Shown: positions 24,437 to 26,549 of the stretch, piece by piece | Layout of the letters: the number at the start of each line of letters is the position of its first letter | Position numbering within the stretch: position 1 is the first letter of the stretch | Assembly (NCBI GenBank): GCA_964512415.1 | Contig: CAZEJZ010000001.1 | Span: forward strand, 1-26,549 | DNA length: 26,549 nucleotides | DNA from: an uncultured Opitutaceae bacterium | Lineage (GTDB): Bacteria > Verrucomicrobiota > Verrucomicrobiia > Opitutales > Opitutaceae | Direction: 5' to 3' | The notes under the pieces: generated by a model | The model's input: the letters and a program-made list of their open reading frames with translations, nothing else | Database searches by the model: none | Told to the model about the DNA's origin: nothing | Translations under genes and position numbers: made by a program

Positions 24437-26281
24437 TCAGTCTTGCGCGGATTTTTTCGTCGCCTTGCGCGCCGGACGCGCGGGGGACGCGCCCTCGGCC
24501 TCCGGTGACGCCTCGTCGGTCGAACGGGACGCTTTGCGCTTGGCCTTCGCCTTGGCCTGCAGACGCAGGACGCCGTCCTTCGCGCCCTTCTCCAGCCACA
24601 GCTGTTCGTCGGCCAGATCGACCGGCACCGACTTTCCTCCGTCCTCCGTCGGCGCCGACAAACCGGCGGCCGCGAGTGCCGCGAGGAGGTCGGTCTCGCC
24701 CTGACCGGTCGCTGCCGCGAGGTCGGCGACGGACGCCGCCGCGCCGCCGCGAGGTTTTGCTTCCAGACGCGAGCGCAGGCTGGCCAGGAGCGCTTCGCCG
24801 GCCGCGGGCGCCGCCGCCGCCGCGGGTGCGGGAGCCGGACCGGCGGCCACGGCAGGCTCGGGGATGAGGGCGGGGGCGGGCGTAAGCGTCGGTTCGGGAG
24901 ACGGTGCCACCGAGGTCGGCGCGGCCGGAGACTCAGCCGCCGGGGCCGGACTATCTGCCGCGGGCGCGGATGCCGGGACCGCCTCGGCCACGGGTGCGTT
25001 CGCCGGCGCCGGAGACGCCCCGGGGGCGCCCCGATCGCGCTCACTCCGCTTGCGACCATTGATCCAAAGACCACCGCGGCCGTCCTGATTCAGCCAATAC
25101 GACCAGTTGCCCACGTCGAGCGGGGCGGGACGGTCGTTCGGGCCCGACGGCACGATGAAACCGACCGACACCAGCGTCGCCGTGAACTCCTGCTCGGTCT
25201 GCTTGAGCGCGCGGGACAGGAAGCTGATGCTGCCGGACACGCCGGGGCTGCGCCGGTTGCGACGCATCAAGGGCCGGAGCCGGCGGAGCAGGTCGGCCGC
25301 CGGGCCGGTGGCCTCGGGCTCCGGCGTGGTGTCCGGCGCGGAATCGTCCTCGTTGCCTCCCGCGCCGGTTCCCGTGTCCTCCGCAGCCGAAACCGCAACG
25401 GGAGCGGGAGCGGCGGACTCCACCGGTGCGGTCGCCACCGCCTCCGGCGTCGTTGCCGCCGCCGGTGCAGCCTCCACCCGTCCGCGACGGCTGCCGTTGT
25501 CCTGGCGGCCCCCGCGATCGTCCACCGGCTTTTCCGGCGCGGCGACGGGCTGGCCCTTGACGGTGCGGAACACCGGGCGTGGCTTCTCCTTGGTGTTGAT
25601 GAAGAGCTGGTGGTGACGATTCACGTTCACCCAGTACAGGTCCCCGTCGTACTCCAGGTACACGGGATCGTCGTCCTCCCGCTCGGGGATGACGAAATCA
25701 CACTCGCGCAGCGCGGCCATGACTTCGGCCGGCGTCAGGTCGATCTTGTTCGCGAGGTAATCGACCGCGAGGGACATGCCCGGGCCGCGCTGGTTGCGGC
25801 GCATGTGCGGACGGATGAACTCGAAGAAGCTCGGAAGCTCCTGCTCCGATTCGAGTTTCTTCCACTCGTCGTCCTCGTCCTCGGCCAACTCCTCGGGATC
25901 CTGATCGCGATCCGTGTCGCGCAGACGACGGAGACCATCCTCCCCGGCTGCGGCCTCCGCGACGAGCGAGGCGGGCTTGTCCTCGGCCGCGGCGGCCGAC
26001 GAGGCGCCGGCCTGAGCCGCCTGGAACTTGGCCGCGAATTCCGCGCGCAGCTTCTCGGCTTCGGCCTTGGCCGCCGCCGCCGCCGCGTCCTCCAGGGTCC
26101 AGTCGCGCTGGGTGGTCCGCCGCGCGAGACCTTGGAAGGCGAGCGGGTTGTCCGGTTGCGTGTGAAAAGCGATGATCTCCCACTCGTCCTTGCCGAGCTG
26201 GTTGAGATGCGTCTCCAGGAGGGCCGGGCTGCCAAAGCCGCCTTTGCCGCTGCTGATGATCTTATATTCCCAAAGGGCCAT
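24437..26281 (-). CDS. Hypothetical protein, 614 aa: N-terminal DUF4177-like domain, three repeated ~80-aa domains, Ala/Pro-rich linkers, basic tail
   Basis: MALWEYKII...LETHLNQLGKDEWEII resembles DUF4177; internal repeats are visible by eye; ATG at 26281 is preferred over the upstream extension. Confidence 0.8.
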   Translation of the reverse strand: MALWEYKIISSGKGGFGSPALLETHLNQLGKDEWEIIAFHTQPDNPLAFQGLARRTTQRDWTLEDAAAAAAKAEAEKLRAEFAAKFQAAQAGASSAAAAEDKPASLVAEAAAGEDGLRRLRDTDRDQDPEELAEDEDDEWKKLESEQELPSFFEFIRPHMRRNQRGPGMSLAVDYLANKIDLTPAEVMAALRECDFVIPEREDDDPVYLEYDGDLYWVNVNRHHQLFINTKEKPRPVFRTVKGQPVAAPEKPVDDRGGRQDNGSRRGRVEAAPAAATTPEAVATAPVESAAPAPVAVSAAEDTGTGAGGNEDDSAPDTTPEPEATGPAADLLRRLRPLMRRNRRSPGVSGSISFLSRALKQTEQEFTATLVSVGFIVPSGPNDRPAPLDVGNWSYWLNQDGRGGLWINGRKRSERDRGAPGASPAPANAPVAEAVPASAPAADSPAPAAESPAAPTSVAPSPEPTLTPAPALIPEPAVAAGPAPAPAAAAAPAAGEALLASLRSRLEAKPRGGAAASVADLAAATGQGETDLLAALAAAGLSAPTEDGGKSVPVDLADEQLWLEKGAKDGVLRLQAKAKAKRKASRSTDEASPEAEGASPARPARKATKKSAQD

Positions 26282-26403
26282 GTTGGATTTCCTGTCTGTT
26301 GTTGCCGCTGACCGCCAAGGAATCCCAAATGCAGCTCGGATTGCCGAGCCTAATCGTCTCCCCGCACCCGCCCCATCCCCATCCGCATCCGCCGTTCCCT
26401 GCC

Positions 26404-26549
26404 ATGCTCCGCCCACTCACGTTCTTCGCCCTCGCCTCCGCGCTGCTCGCCGGCCCGCCCTCCGGACACGCCGCGGCGCCCAAATCCGGCGCCGCTTGGC
26501 CGGTCCCGGCGCCCGCCGACGAACGCGCCGCCGCCGTCCAGGTGCGCGT
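26404..26549 (+). CDS. 5' fragment of a probable secreted protein (3'-partial)
   Basis: ATG at 26404 gives MLRPLTFFALASALLAGPPSGHAAAP..., a signal-peptide-like sequence; the frame is open to the window end. Confidence 0.55.
   Translation, partial: MLRPLTFFALASALLAGPPSGHAAAPKSGAAWPVPAPADERAAAVQVR

Noticed and set aside
24790-25050. Repetitive GCC/CCG-rich DNA as a tandem repeat or CRISPR-like array
   Set aside because: Explained by the Ala/Pro-rich linker codons; no constant-length repeat-spacer pattern anywhere in the window.

Overview
A very GC-rich bacterial window (roughly 70% by eye). It is probably from Verrucomicrobiota/Opitutaceae, inferred from the lineage-typical C-terminal 'NxSTR..GFV..RAVGP..DP.L..NDDW' domain on the secreted protein at 17687-20098. 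About 23 CDSs are present; I saw no rRNA, tRNA, CRISPR array or mobile element. The main feature is a plus-strand, largely translationally coupled cobalamin/folate methyl-transfer cassette at <1-8524. It encodes a URO-D/MtaA-family methyltransferase lacking the canonical Zn ligands, a corrinoid protein, a MetF-MetV fusion, an AcsE-like methyl-H4folate:corrinoid methyltransferase, a metal-dependent amidohydrolase, a RACo/ASKHA activator, a stand-alone MetH-activation-domain-like protein and two hypothetical proteins. Its substrate is not evident. Downstream are gndA, several Tat- or Sec-exported enzymes (SDR, SGNH hydrolase, alpha/beta esterase, metallophosphoesterase, Gfo/Idh/MocA oxidoreductase), solA, a lipoprotein cytochrome c and a choice-of-anchor-I protein preceded by a Pho-box-like repeat. 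The window ends with a MacB/LolD-type ABC pair and a 614-aa protein carrying three copies of an unrecognised ~80-aa domain. All calls come from motif reading and recall of protein families; no searches were run.
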